Source of the DNA: Chthoniobacterales bacterium
Lineage (GTDB): Bacteria; Verrucomicrobiota; Verrucomicrobiia; Chthoniobacterales; Chthoniobacteraceae
Assembly (NCBI GenBank): GCA_038207335.1
Contig: JBBQZX010000018.1
Location: 32,001-96,000 of the forward strand
DNA length: 64,000 nt
Direction of reading: 5' to 3'
The position numbers and the translations under genes are program-made. Below the pieces are notes generated by a model, which was given only the letters and a program-made list of their open reading frames with translations, was not told where the DNA came from and did not search any database. Of this stretch, positions 46,017-56,035 are shown one piece after another. Within the stretch, counting starts at the first letter, position 1, and every line of letters begins with the position of its first letter.

Positions 46017-47090
46017 ATGCAGAAATCCGATGGAATGAATTACGCCCCCGAGGGCATCCCCGCGCCCGTCGTCGAAAAAGGCGAGTTCCCTTTTGCTGCT
46101 ATTGCGCTCGATCACGGACACATTTACGGCCAGTGCAAGGGGATCATCGAGGCGGGTGGCGACCTGCGGTTCGTCTATGACCCCGACCCGTTGAAGGTGG
46201 AGAAATTCTGCAAAACCTTTCCCTCCGCTGAGCCAGTCGCGAGCTTGGAAGCGATCCTCGAAAAGCCGGAAATTAAGCTGGCTGCCGCCGCCGCGATTCC
46301 GAGCGAACGCGGCCCGCTCGGGATGCGCGTGATGGATGCAGGGAAGGATTACTTCACCGACAAGGCACCCTTTACCACGCTCGCGCAGCTCGACACCGCA
46401 CGGGCGAAAGTCGCGGCGACAGGGCGAAAATATGCCGTCTATTTTAGCGAGCGACTGCATGTGGAGTGCGCGGTGCGCGCAGGGCAGCTCATCGAGCAGG
46501 GCGCGATCGGGCGCGTCGTGCAGGTGATGGGACTCGGGCCGCATCGCTGCTCGCCGAGCACGCGGCCGGACTGGTTTTGGTCGAAGGAAAAAACGGGCGG
46601 GATTTTGTGCGACATCGGCTCGCATCAGTTCGAGCAATTCCTCCACTACACCGGGGCCAAAAGCGCGACGGTCGTGAACGCGCAGGTTGCGAATTATCAC
46701 CACAAAAACTTCCCGGAATTCGAGGACTGGGGTGAGGCGAATCTCGTCGCGGACAATGGCGCGACGAATTACATCCGCGTCGATTGGCTGAATCCCGACG
46801 GACTGCGGACATGGGGCGACGGCCGCACATTCATCCTCGGCACCGCGGGCTACATAGAGCTGCGCAAATACGTCGATGTGGGTCGCGAATACGAAGGCGA
46901 CCAGCTTTACCTCGTCGATCACGACGGCGAGCAGCACATCCGCTGTCACGGCCAGGTCGGCTACCCGTTCTTCGGCGGGCTCATCCTCGACTGCCTAAAT
47001 CGCACCGAACTCGCGATGACGCAGGAGCACACATTTCTCGCCGCCGAGCTGTGTCTGCAGGCGCAGGAAATGGCACGGCGGATCGAGTAA
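46017..47090 (+). CDS. Gfo/Idh/MocA family oxidoreductase
   Basis: LDHGHIYG, YFTDKAP, GGILCDIGSHQ, WGDGR. Confidence 0.9.
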   Translation: MQKSDGMNYAPEGIPAPVVEKGEFPFAAIALDHGHIYGQCKGIIEAGGDLRFVYDPDPLKVEKFCKTFPSAEPVASLEAILEKPEIKLAAAAAIPSERGPLGMRVMDAGKDYFTDKAPFTTLAQLDTARAKVAATGRKYAVYFSERLHVECAVRAGQLIEQGAIGRVVQVMGLGPHRCSPSTRPDWFWSKEKTGGILCDIGSHQFEQFLHYTGAKSATVVNAQVANYHHKNFPEFEDWGEANLVADNGATNYIRVDWLNPDGLRTWGDGRTFILGTAGYIELRKYVDVGREYEGDQLYLVDHDGEQHIRCHGQVGYPFFGGLILDCLNRTELAMTQEHTFLAAELCLQAQEMARRIE

Positions 47091-47131
47091 TCGCGGTGGA
47101 CAGAGCCGATGCGTCGGGTAAAAGCCAGCCC

Positions 47132-47251
47132 ATGAAATCGCTCTTCACCGTGCTCTCAATCGTCGTTGTCGCACTCACGTTCACCGCCTGCCAAAGCGCG
47201 CCGAAAAAACAATGCTGCTCAACCGGCGGCACCTGCGCGGTCAAGAAGTAG
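47132..47251 (+). CDS. small Cys-rich lipoprotein, 39 aa
   Basis: MKSLFTVLSIVVVALTFTA-CQSAPKKQCCSTGGTCAVKK; lipobox FTAC. Confidence 0.65.
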   Translation: MKSLFTVLSIVVVALTFTACQSAPKKQCCSTGGTCAVKK

Positions 47252-47260
47252 CGTCGCTTT

Positions 47261-48409
47261 TTACCACTCCGCGACCACGCCGTCCTCGGTGCGCCAGACG
47301 GGGTTCCGCCAACGGTGCCCGACTTTCGCGGCCTCGCGGACTTTCGCCTCGTCGATGTCGATGCCGAGGCCGGGCTTCGTGAGGAGATCGACGAAGCCGT
47401 CGCGGTAGTGGAAGACGCTGGGGTCGGCGAGGTAGTCGAGAACGTCGCTGCCTTGATTGTAGTGGATGCCGAGCGACTGCTCCTGAATAAAGGCGTTAGG
47501 CGTGCAGAAATCGACCTGAAGCGAGGCGGCGAGGCAGATGGGACCGAGCGGGCAATGCGGCGCGAGCGCGACGTCATAGGCCTCGGCCATCGTCGCGATT
47601 TTCTTCAGCTCGCTGATGCCGCCGGTGTGCGAGACATCGGGCTGGATGATGTCAGCGCCGCCGCTGGCGAGCAGCGTTTTGAAACCCCAGCGCGTGAACT
47701 GCCGTTCGCCCGTCGCGATCGGGATTGATGACGTGCGGCGCAGGTCGAGCAGAGCTTCGTTGTTTTCGGCGAGCACGGGTTCCTCGATGAAAAGCGGGCG
47801 CACGCTTTCCAGCTCGCGCATGAGCAGCTTCGCGGTGCCTTTGTGGACGCGGCCGTGGAAGTCGATCGCGATGCCGAAATCCGGCCCGCACGCCTCGCGA
47901 ATCGCCACCGCGCGCGCGACGGCTTCGCTGATTTTTCGCGGCGAGCCGATCCACTCGACCTCCTCGGTGCCGTTCATTTTGATCGCGGTGTAGCCCTGCT
48001 CTTTTTTTGCGAGCGCTTCCTTTGCCACGTCGTCGGGGCGGTCGCCGCCGATCCACGCATAGACGCGAATTTTCTCGCGCACCGCGCCGCCGAGCAGCTC
48101 GTACACAGGCACGCCGAGCGCCTTGCCTTTGATGTCCCACAGCGCCTGGTCGATGCCGCTCATCGCGCTCATCAGCACCGGACCGCCGCGGTAAAATCCA
48201 CCGCGGTAGAGCACTTGCCAAAAGTCCTCGATGCGGCGCGCGTCTTTGCCGATGAGGAAATCGCTCATCTCCTCGACTGCCGCGCGCACGGTGTCGGCCT
48301 TGCCCTCGACGACGGGTTCGCCCCAGCCAACCAAGCCGGACTCGGTCGTGAGCTTGAGAAAGCACCAGCGCGGGGCGACGATGAATGTTTCGAGGGAGCG
48401 GATTTTCAT
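47261..48409 (-). CDS. dgoD: galactonate dehydratase
   Basis: PRWCFLK, GWGEPVVEG, FYRGGP, IDFHGR, FIEEP, APHCPLGP, IQEQSLGIHYN. Confidence 0.92.
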   Translation of the reverse strand: MKIRSLETFIVAPRWCFLKLTTESGLVGWGEPVVEGKADTVRAAVEEMSDFLIGKDARRIEDFWQVLYRGGFYRGGPVLMSAMSGIDQALWDIKGKALGVPVYELLGGAVREKIRVYAWIGGDRPDDVAKEALAKKEQGYTAIKMNGTEEVEWIGSPRKISEAVARAVAIREACGPDFGIAIDFHGRVHKGTAKLLMRELESVRPLFIEEPVLAENNEALLDLRRTSSIPIATGERQFTRWGFKTLLASGGADIIQPDVSHTGGISELKKIATMAEAYDVALAPHCPLGPICLAASLQVDFCTPNAFIQEQSLGIHYNQGSDVLDYLADPSVFHYRDGFVDLLTKPGLGIDIDEAKVREAAKVGHRWRNPVWRTEDGVVAEW

Positions 48410-48448
48410 TCTTTCTAAGAGCGCGCATGGTTCCGCATTCTCCGAAGC

Positions 48449-49312
48449 ATGACAAGAATCCCCACCCTCCTTTCCGCCGCGCTCGCCGCCCTCGCGATGA
48501 ACACGATCGCTCATGCCGTTCCGATCCCGGACGACGCAAAAACCAACGGCTTCGCCATCGGCTGCCAAGCTTATACCTTCAATCGCTTCACCGTCTTCGA
48601 GGCCATAGAGAAGACGGCGGCGGCAGGCGGCAAGGTGATCGAATTTTATCCCGGCCAAAAACTCAGCAAGGATGAGCCGAACGTGAAATGGGATCACAAC
48701 GCGCCGGATGAAGTGGTCGCGAAGGTGAAAGCGAAGCTCGCGGAGCACAAAATCCGCGCGGTGAATTATGGCGTCGTCGGCATCCCAAAAGAAGAGGAAG
48801 GGGCGCGGAAAATTTTCGAGTTCGCGAAGAAAATGGGACTCTACGGCGTTACGACGGAATCGACGGACGCGATCGATACGATCGAGAAAATGGTGAAGGA
48901 ATACGATATCCGCGTCGGCTTCCACGATCACCCGCGCCGCCCAGACCATCCCGAGTATCGGATGTGGGATCCCTATTACATCCTCGAGGTGTGCAAGGGT
49001 CGCGACCCGCGGATCGGCGCGTGCGCGGACACCGGCCACTGGCAGACTTCAGGACTGAATCCGCTGTGGTGTGTGAAGACACTGAAAGGCCGCATCATCA
49101 GCAGCCATCTCAAGGACAAGGAGGCGTTTGGCCAGAGCCACGATGTACCGTACGGCACGGGCGTCGGCGAGGTCGGCGCGATCCTCAACGAATACAAGGC
49201 GCAGGGATTCGAGGGGAATATTTCCATCGAATACGAGTATAACTGGGACAACTCGCTGCCGGAGGTGACGAAGTGCATCGACTTCGTGCGCGAGCACAAA
49301 GCGGCGAATTAA
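48449..49312 (+). CDS. secreted sugar phosphate isomerase/epimerase (xylose isomerase-like TIM barrel)
   Basis: Signal peptide, QAYTFNRF, ADTGHW, HLKD, SIEYE. Confidence 0.88.
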   Translation: MTRIPTLLSAALAALAMNTIAHAVPIPDDAKTNGFAIGCQAYTFNRFTVFEAIEKTAAAGGKVIEFYPGQKLSKDEPNVKWDHNAPDEVVAKVKAKLAEHKIRAVNYGVVGIPKEEEGARKIFEFAKKMGLYGVTTESTDAIDTIEKMVKEYDIRVGFHDHPRRPDHPEYRMWDPYYILEVCKGRDPRIGACADTGHWQTSGLNPLWCVKTLKGRIISSHLKDKEAFGQSHDVPYGTGVGEVGAILNEYKAQGFEGNISIEYEYNWDNSLPEVTKCIDFVREHKAAN

Positions 49313-49331
49313 TCGACCGCAAATCAAGTCT

Positions 49332-49362
49332 GGGCGGGCATCGGAAGGTGCCCGCCCTTTTT
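49332..49362 (+). terminator. intrinsic terminator
   Basis: GGGCGGGCATC-ggaa-GGTGCCCGCCC TTTTT. Confidence 0.8.
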
Positions 49363-49366
49363 GCGT

Positions 49367-50335
49367 CTAGATCATTCCGCGCGCTTCGAGCATCGCGAAT
49401 GCCTCCGCGCAGACACGCTCCGTGGTGATCTGCGCGAAGTCGCCGGCGGGGGCTTCGAGGATTTGCACGCGAGGATTTGCAGGCGCCCAGATGGCGGGAT
49501 CGGTCGCGCCGAACAGCAGGACGCAGGGCGTTCCGACGGCTGCAGCGAGGTGTGAGATGCCGCTGTCGTGGCCGAGGAAAAGCGAGGCATTTGCGAGCAC
49601 TGCTGCGAGGTGCGGGAGAGGCAGGTCGCGGGCGAGCACAAAGTCTCCGGCTGACGCAAACCCGAAGTCGTTGAGCGCGGCATCATCCGCCTCGCCGCCA
49701 ACCAGCAGAATCTGAGGATGCGGCGCTGTGTCGAGCAGCGCGTGTGCGACGGCAGCCCAGCGCGCTGCGGGCCAGTTTTTCCGCGTGCTGCCGCTGCCGG
49801 GATGGATCGCGATCAGTGGGCAGCGAGCGGCATGGAGAAACTCCTCGGCAAAGAGACGGTCCCCGACGCTCGGGAATATCTCGGCGGCGTGGTTTTCGAG
49901 ATACAGCGCGAGCCGATCGAGAGGGCGTGCGAGCTGGATCGCGGCGTGCGCGGAGTCGTCGATGCGCGAGTATGCGGCGAGGATGTTGCGCGCTCCGGCG
50001 CGGCGAAGATTGGCCTCGAAGTGGCCATTCGGATCGTAGAGGTAGCTGACGATTTGCTGGAAGCTGGCGAAGTACTCGACGAGTTCCGGCGCGAGTTCGG
50101 CACCGGGTGTGAAGAAGGCGGCCATCGGCGCGTATTCGATCGAACGCGTGGCGTCGGCATAAAAACGGCCCTCGGCAAGCGCAACGATGTGCTTGTAGCC
50201 GAGGATTTCGAGATGCGCGCCGGGGAAATTTTCGCGCAGCAATCGAATTGACGGGAGCGTGAGGATGAAGTCCCCGATCGCACCGCCGCGGATGACAAGG
50301 ATGCGAGGCTGCTGCGGCATCGGAGTCATACGCAA
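49367..50335 (-). CDS. glycosyltransferase family 9 (heptosyltransferase-like)
   Basis: IRGGAIGDFILT, IHPGSGS..KNWP, GHDSGISHLAAAVG. Confidence 0.9.
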   Translation of the reverse strand: MRMTPMPQQPRILVIRGGAIGDFILTLPSIRLLRENFPGAHLEILGYKHIVALAEGRFYADATRSIEYAPMAAFFTPGAELAPELVEYFASFQQIVSYLYDPNGHFEANLRRAGARNILAAYSRIDDSAHAAIQLARPLDRLALYLENHAAEIFPSVGDRLFAEEFLHAARCPLIAIHPGSGSTRKNWPAARWAAVAHALLDTAPHPQILLVGGEADDAALNDFGFASAGDFVLARDLPLPHLAAVLANASLFLGHDSGISHLAAAVGTPCVLLFGATDPAIWAPANPRVQILEAPAGDFAQITTERVCAEAFAMLEARGMI

Positions 50336-50391
50336 GCAGCGGTGGCGCGATCAAGTGCTCAGACTCTCAAGACAGCGGCACAGCCGCACGG

Positions 50392-50562
50392 TCAGTTGCT
50401 CTGCGGGTTGAAGCCGCCGAGTGCCCCCTGCCCCTCCCACTTTTCCGGGCGGTTCCACGGGATCGTGCTCACCCGGTTCGGATCCTCACTCTGGGAAGTC
50501 GCGCAACCGGAGGCGGCCAGCAGCGTCAAGGCGAGAAAGAGGAGCGCGAAAAAGCGGGCCAT
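50392..50562 (-). CDS. small lipoprotein, 56 aa (not in ORF track)
   Basis: MARFFALLFLALTLLAASG-CATSQSEDPNRVSTIPWNRPEKWEGQGALGGFNPQSN*; lipobox ASGC. Confidence 0.72.
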   Translation of the reverse strand: MARFFALLFLALTLLAASGCATSQSEDPNRVSTIPWNRPEKWEGQGALGGFNPQSN

Positions 50563-50585
50563 GCAGTTTTCGAAGCATAGCGCGA

Positions 50586-51377
50586 TTAGCGCTTCAACTC
50601 CAGCACGACCGTGTCGCCGGGTTGCACGCTCTGGCCTTTAGCGAGCGTGCCGGGGATGACGTCGGCGATGGAAGTCGCAGGCTCAACAGTCGTGACTTTG
50701 ACCTTCGCAATCGGCTGTCCGCCACGCGTGACTAGCATCTGCGCGTTGTTCTTAAGCCCTGCACGGTCGCCGATGCTGAGAACCACAAAATTCCACCCGG
50801 CATTGAATGCCAGCACGCGTCCGGTGAGGCCGGGCTTGGAAATCTCCTGCTTGTATTCCTGAACGACGCGCTGGGTGGAAGACAGCTTCCCTTCGGTGTC
50901 CTTCTTCGACGCTTCGAGCGAAATGTTGACCTGCTTCATTTCCGCGAGTTCGGTTTGATTTTTCGCGAGCTGCGCCTCCATGTCTTGGACCTTCGCTTTG
51001 ATTTCCTCAGGATTGATCCCCTTGAATGCTTCTTGAATCTTGGCCAAATCGGCGGCGTACTTGTCGGCTTCCGCGGTCTTATCCTCGAGGGCCTTCGTCG
51101 CGTCCGCGAGCTTTTTGGTCGTGTCCTCAAGGTCGCTCTTCAGCTTCGTGATTTGCATCTCACGATCCGCGAGCGTCGCTTTCGTCGTCTCGAGTTCCTC
51201 TTGAGTCGCTTTCAACGTGGCCTCGGTTTTCGCGAGCTTGTCCTTGGTCGCAGCGAGCGTCTGTTTGGTCTGCTTGATGTCCGCTTGCAGCGCGACGACT
51301 TTGACTTTGGTTTCGTAGCCGAGGTACGCGGTTCCAGCGATGAGCAGGAGTGCAAAGCCGAGGAGGTATTTAGCCAT
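50586..51377 (-). CDS. membrane-anchored long coiled-coil protein with a C-terminal beta domain
   Basis: N-terminal TM helix, ~160-aa heptad region, C-terminal GRVLAFNAGWNFVVLSIG...PGDTV. Confidence 0.8.
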   Translation of the reverse strand: MAKYLLGFALLLIAGTAYLGYETKVKVVALQADIKQTKQTLAATKDKLAKTEATLKATQEELETTKATLADREMQITKLKSDLEDTTKKLADATKALEDKTAEADKYAADLAKIQEAFKGINPEEIKAKVQDMEAQLAKNQTELAEMKQVNISLEASKKDTEGKLSSTQRVVQEYKQEISKPGLTGRVLAFNAGWNFVVLSIGDRAGLKNNAQMLVTRGGQPIAKVKVTTVEPATSIADVIPGTLAKGQSVQPGDTVVLELKR

Positions 51378-51535
51378 ATTTGAGGGTAGCGGAAATGAAG
51401 GGAACCATTTGCGGAGAGTCGCCGCGAGTGGGGTGGGCCGACTTTTAAGCGTCGTTTTTTCACGGATGCAAGCGGTTTCCCCCAAATGTTCACAAAAGAT
51501 TTGTGTTCACTCCTCCCCGCGCCATATTCCGCGCT

Positions 51536-51629
<94 letters not shown>

Positions 51630-51829
51630 CTTTTTTTGCCCGCGCAGTCGCGCCACGAAGATTTTGACCGACGGATTTCGCGGATGCGCGAATATTTTGA
51701 AAAGTGAAAACCGTGTGGTGTGCGACATCCGCGGTCGTTTCCGAGCGGTCCGATTTTCAAAATCACGTCTCGCGAGAGGCGACCATTTTGCGATTGGCGG
51801 CGGCAGGCGGCTCCCCTTAATTCCGCCCC

Positions 51830-53068
51830 ATGTTTCGCAGCGGCGCCCATTTTGCCATCCTCGTGCTGGTGATCGGCCTCGTCCTGATGCGGGAAGCGCG
51901 GCAGGAGCCGGTGCGGCAGATCGACGAGGCATTCGCGGACTTTCTCTCGCGCAATAGCCACCGCTCCGAGGAGCCCGTGCCGCTCACGCTCGTGGAGATC
52001 AACGAGGCGAGCATGAAGGGGCATCCGTGGCCGTGGACGCCGCTCGATTTTGCTCTCTTTTTTCAAGCGGCAAATAACTTCGAGCCGGATGCCCTCGCGA
52101 CGGATGAAGTGCTGCGCTGGGACGACCGGGCGGGGCGCGCGGATCTGCAAAACAAGCTGCCCCAATACAAGACGATTCTGCGCGAGCATTTGCTGCGAGC
52201 GCGGCGCGTTCTGCTCGGCGCGCAGCTCGGCTTTCCCGCAGATCCCGAAATCATCCCGCCACTCGAGGAAGTGCCACTCGTGAGGAATGTGCGCGGCGAT
52301 TTGAGCGCTGTGCCGGAGTTCACCACGATCAAGGCTCAGGCCGAGGAGGAGTTCCGGCTTTCCAGCACGACAGGCTTCACAAATCTCATCGATAAAACGC
52401 GCGCGCTGCACTCCGTCCCGCTGCTGCTGCGATACCGCGGGCAGGTCGTCCCATCGTTCGTTTTGCAGGCGCTCATGATCTGGGAAAAGCTGACGCCCGA
52501 CGATTTGCAGATCGTCGGCGGCGAGCACATCCGCGTCGCGGATCGATTCGATATTCCGATCGATGCGAGGGGTGAAATGCGCGTCGATTTCGGAGTCCCG
52601 CGAGGTCGCTGCGGATTCGACGAACTCGTGCTTGCAAGCGCACAGGCCGATGCGAAAACGCCGACGAATATTCCGCTGGAGACGATCAACGGGCGCTTTC
52701 TGTTGCTCGCGCGCACCGATGCGGAGTCGCGTAACTTGCACTTCGCAGCGGGTCGCCACGGCTCGGTCGGCGAGCTTTTTGCAGCGGCGATCGCCACGTT
52801 GCAGAGCCGGTCGTTTCTGCATCGCGCTCCGGCGTGGATGGAGTTCGCAACCATCGCACTGGCGATGCTGGGCGGCTGGTTCGCGCCGCGCTGGAGCCGC
52901 TCGCGGGTCTTCGCCGCGTGCGCTGTCGGCGTGATCATCTACGTGATGGTTGCGATGTCGGTTTTCAGCGCGAGCCTGACATGGATGCCGCTCATGTTGC
53001 CCGCGGGCCTCGCGCTTTTCATCGCGACGTATCGAATGGTCAGCCCATCGGCTCCGCGAGGCGCGTAG
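51830..53068 (+). CDS. CHASE2 domain membrane protein with no output domain
   Basis: LVEINEAS..HPWPW, VPLLL..PSFVLQAL, IPIDARG; three C-terminal TM helices then stop. Confidence 0.7.
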   Translation: MFRSGAHFAILVLVIGLVLMREARQEPVRQIDEAFADFLSRNSHRSEEPVPLTLVEINEASMKGHPWPWTPLDFALFFQAANNFEPDALATDEVLRWDDRAGRADLQNKLPQYKTILREHLLRARRVLLGAQLGFPADPEIIPPLEEVPLVRNVRGDLSAVPEFTTIKAQAEEEFRLSSTTGFTNLIDKTRALHSVPLLLRYRGQVVPSFVLQALMIWEKLTPDDLQIVGGEHIRVADRFDIPIDARGEMRVDFGVPRGRCGFDELVLASAQADAKTPTNIPLETINGRFLLLARTDAESRNLHFAAGRHGSVGELFAAAIATLQSRSFLHRAPAWMEFATIALAMLGGWFAPRWSRSRVFAACAVGVIIYVMVAMSVFSASLTWMPLMLPAGLALFIATYRMVSPSAPRGA

Positions 53069-53112
53069 CACGGCCCTCACGGCCCTCACGGCCCTCACGG
53101 CCCTCACGGCCT
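53069..53112. repeat. 9-bp tandem repeat (CACGGCCCT)x~5 right after a stop codon
   Basis: Read directly from the sequence. Confidence 0.95.
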
Positions 53113-53181
53113 TTACTGGACGCGGCGGAGGCGGGTGCGCCTTGCTTTTGAGAAGTCCCGCCCTAGCTTCCTTGCCCACCA

Positions 53182-55278
53182 ATGGCCCAGGAACCGAGTA
53201 TCGAAGAAGCGCGCGGCCGTATCCAACGACTCGTCGAAGAGATCGCAGCGCTCAGCAAAAAGGACGTCCGCAGCGAAGAATATTTCGAGCAATTCCTCAT
53301 CCGCGTCGTGCAGGCTTGCGACGCGAAAGGCGGCGCGGTCTGGCTCGTCGGAAAGACGAGCGCTGATGGCAAAAGCGAGTTTCAGCTCGCGGCTCAAGTC
53401 GAGTTCGAGGCGACGCTATTTCAGACTGACGAACAGCAGCGCGCGAACCTCCTCAAATCGCTCTCCGAAGTCGTCCAGAGCAAGCATCCGATCGTCTTTG
53501 CTCCCGCCCATTCGCAGACCGGGGACAGTTCGCTGCAAAGCCAGCTCCAACAGCTCCAGGGCGCATCGCCTCAACCTGAGGGCAACAAAACGCCGTATCC
53601 ATTTCTGAGCGTTCCGCTCTTTCTCAAAGAGCAAGTCCTCGGCGTGCTGCAGGTCTGGCTTCAGCCATACGTCACGCCGGCGAATTACGCCGAATTTGCC
53701 ACATTCCTCACCTCGCTCGCGGCGAATGTGGAGCAGCATCTCCAGTCGCGCCGTCTCGGCTCGCTCGTGCTCGAGACGCAGCGCCTCCAGCACCTTTTGA
53801 AATTCACGAGCGACCTCGCCGGCTCGCTCGATCCGCTCGAGGTCGCGCGCCTCTCCGCCAATTACGGCCGCGACCTCATCGGCTGCGAACGCTGTTCAGT
53901 GCTTGCTCTCGACGGCGACCGCTGGAAAGTGCTCTCGATTTCCGGGCAGGAAACCGTCGAGAAAAAAAGCTCGATGGTGAAGGCGATGGCCGCATTCGTC
54001 GGCGCGCACTCGCGGCCCGAGTTCGTCACTTTGAGCAAAAAGGAACTGCTCGCTCGCGCAGAAGCCCTGCAAAATTCCAACGGCGAAAGCGCACCCTTGA
54101 ACGGCGACGAATCCGCGATCGTGCTGCGCCGCACGGACGCCATCGACCTCGCCTATTTCGAGCTCTCGCATGTCGTCAGCGCGGTCGTCGCGCCGATGCT
54201 AGATGACGATAAGCAGATCGTCGGCGCGTATTTCGCAGAGAGCACGAGCGAGGGATTTTTCGAGCCGCAGCCGGGGTCGAAAGATGCGCCCGCCGGCAGC
54301 CGCGTCGCCGAGTGGCTTTCGACGCACACGAGTCGCTCGCTGCGCAGCGCGGACGAGTATCACTCGCTCCCATTTCTCGGCATCACGAAGCGCATCCGCG
54401 GCACTCGCCAGCTCCTCACCGGGCGCAAGCGCAACCGCACGCTGCTCAAGCTCACGGTCATCCTCGCGATCCTCGCCGTCGTCTGCATCTATCCAAAACT
54501 CGACCGCGTCGACGGCAACGCATCGCTCGTCCCGATGCACCGCGCCGCGGTCGTGCCCGAGATTCCCGGGCGCATCGAGAAAGTCATCGTTCGCGAAGGC
54601 GACCATGTAAAAAAAGGCGATCCGATCGCGCAGATGGACACCAACCGCATCGAGACCGAACTCGCGACGAACGAGCAGGAAAAACTGCGCGTCTATGCCG
54701 ACGCGCAGCGCTACCGCGGAATCGGCGACGAAGCCAGCGCGCAGGTCGCCACGCTCCAGGCGCAGGTCATGGAGCAGAACGAAAAGAAGCTCCGCGCTGA
54801 CCTCGAAGCCGCCACGCTCCGCAGCCCGATCGATGGCGTCGTGCTGACCAAAGACATCGAGCAGCACGTCGGCGAATTCATCCAAGCGGGCGCGGGTTTC
54901 GCCGAGATCGCCTCACTCACCGAGTGGGAGCTGCAGGTCGATGTGAACGAAAAGGAAATCGGACGCGTCGAATCCGCACTGCCGAAAAAACCGACCGACC
55001 CGCCGCTCAATGTGAACTACATTCTCTACAGCCAGAGCGCACATGAACTGCACGCGAAGCTCGCGCGCCACGAGCAAATCAGCGCTGCGGCCTATCCGCG
55101 TGAAAAAGACAACGTCTTCCTCATCACCGCGCAAAACCTCGACATCCCAAAACAAATCCTCCCCGCCATGCGCCCCGGACTCACCGGCCGTGCGAAGATT
55201 GACCTCGGTCGGCGGCCTCTCGTCTGGCTCGTCGGGCAGCGCGTCTGGCATTGGTTTGAAATGCGGATGATCGGCTGA
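53182..55278 (+). CDS. GAF domain + HlyD-type membrane fusion protein
   Basis: N-terminal GAF-like regions (LSVPLFLKEQVLGVLQV), TM helix, PGRIEKVIVREGDHVKKGD, LRSPIDGVV, MRPGLTGRAKI. Confidence 0.85.
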   Translation: MAQEPSIEEARGRIQRLVEEIAALSKKDVRSEEYFEQFLIRVVQACDAKGGAVWLVGKTSADGKSEFQLAAQVEFEATLFQTDEQQRANLLKSLSEVVQSKHPIVFAPAHSQTGDSSLQSQLQQLQGASPQPEGNKTPYPFLSVPLFLKEQVLGVLQVWLQPYVTPANYAEFATFLTSLAANVEQHLQSRRLGSLVLETQRLQHLLKFTSDLAGSLDPLEVARLSANYGRDLIGCERCSVLALDGDRWKVLSISGQETVEKKSSMVKAMAAFVGAHSRPEFVTLSKKELLARAEALQNSNGESAPLNGDESAIVLRRTDAIDLAYFELSHVVSAVVAPMLDDDKQIVGAYFAESTSEGFFEPQPGSKDAPAGSRVAEWLSTHTSRSLRSADEYHSLPFLGITKRIRGTRQLLTGRKRNRTLLKLTVILAILAVVCIYPKLDRVDGNASLVPMHRAAVVPEIPGRIEKVIVREGDHVKKGDPIAQMDTNRIETELATNEQEKLRVYADAQRYRGIGDEASAQVATLQAQVMEQNEKKLRADLEAATLRSPIDGVVLTKDIEQHVGEFIQAGAGFAEIASLTEWELQVDVNEKEIGRVESALPKKPTDPPLNVNYILYSQSAHELHAKLARHEQISAAAYPREKDNVFLITAQNLDIPKQILPAMRPGLTGRAKIDLGRRPLVWLVGQRVWHWFEMRMIG

Positions 55279-55305
55279 TCCCGCAGCTTAACTTTTCTCA
55301 GACTC

Positions 55306-56034
55306 ATGAAATTTCTCATCGCTCTTTCTGCCATCGCCCTCTGCGCATTCGGTGCCGTCCGCGCCGAAGACACGCAGGGCCTCGTCCTGCCGTTCAAACT
55401 CGTCAGCGTCAGCTCGCCCGTGCTTCAGGAGGTCATCACCGATGTGCTCGTGGAAGAAGGTGACACCGTCAAAGAAGGCCAGGTGATCGTGCAGCTTCGC
55501 GCCGAAAAAGAGGAACTCGAAGTCGAGCGCACCGAGAAGCAAATCGAACTCTACGAATTCAAGGCGAAGGGCTCCGACACACTTTTCCAGGAGAAAATGG
55601 GGAGCAAGGAAAAGTCGCTCGAAGACCAGGCGCAGCTCGCGCTCGCAAAAATCCTGCACCGCTCGGCGGAAGTTTCGCTAAAAGAAAAGACGGTCCGCTC
55701 ACCGCTAGCGGGCATCGTCGTGAAGAAATACAAGGAGGCCGGTGAGTCCGTAGATCGCGTCGAAAAGCTCATCGACATCGTGAATATCGACCAGGTCTTC
55801 GTGCAGTTTTACCTCGATCCCAAGCTGATGACCTCGCTCAAGAACGACGAGCAGATCCCGGTGAAATTTCCGGTGATTGGCAACGAAACATTTCAGTCGA
55901 AAATCGCATTCATCGAGCCGCGAATCGATGCCGGCAGTGGCCTCTTTCGCGTGAAAGTCCTCATCGAAAACAAGGACCACAAAATCAAGGCCGGGATGCG
56001 CGGAACCGCCGACTTTTCAAAGACAGGAAAGTGA
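55306..56034 (+). CDS. periplasmic adaptor (membrane fusion protein)
   Basis: Signal peptide, VEEGDTVKEGQ, VRSPLAGIV, IDAGSGLFRVKV. Confidence 0.88.
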   Translation: MKFLIALSAIALCAFGAVRAEDTQGLVLPFKLVSVSSPVLQEVITDVLVEEGDTVKEGQVIVQLRAEKEELEVERTEKQIELYEFKAKGSDTLFQEKMGSKEKSLEDQAQLALAKILHRSAEVSLKEKTVRSPLAGIVVKKYKEAGESVDRVEKLIDIVNIDQVFVQFYLDPKLMTSLKNDEQIPVKFPVIGNETFQSKIAFIEPRIDAGSGLFRVKVLIENKDHKIKAGMRGTADFSKTGK

Positions 56035-56035
56035 C

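Noticed and set aside
45918..49039. Long N-terminal extensions of ORFs 45168..46949 and 47261..49039
   Set aside because: They overlap real + strand genes; better starts are 45917 (signal peptide) and 48409 (DgoD N-terminus)
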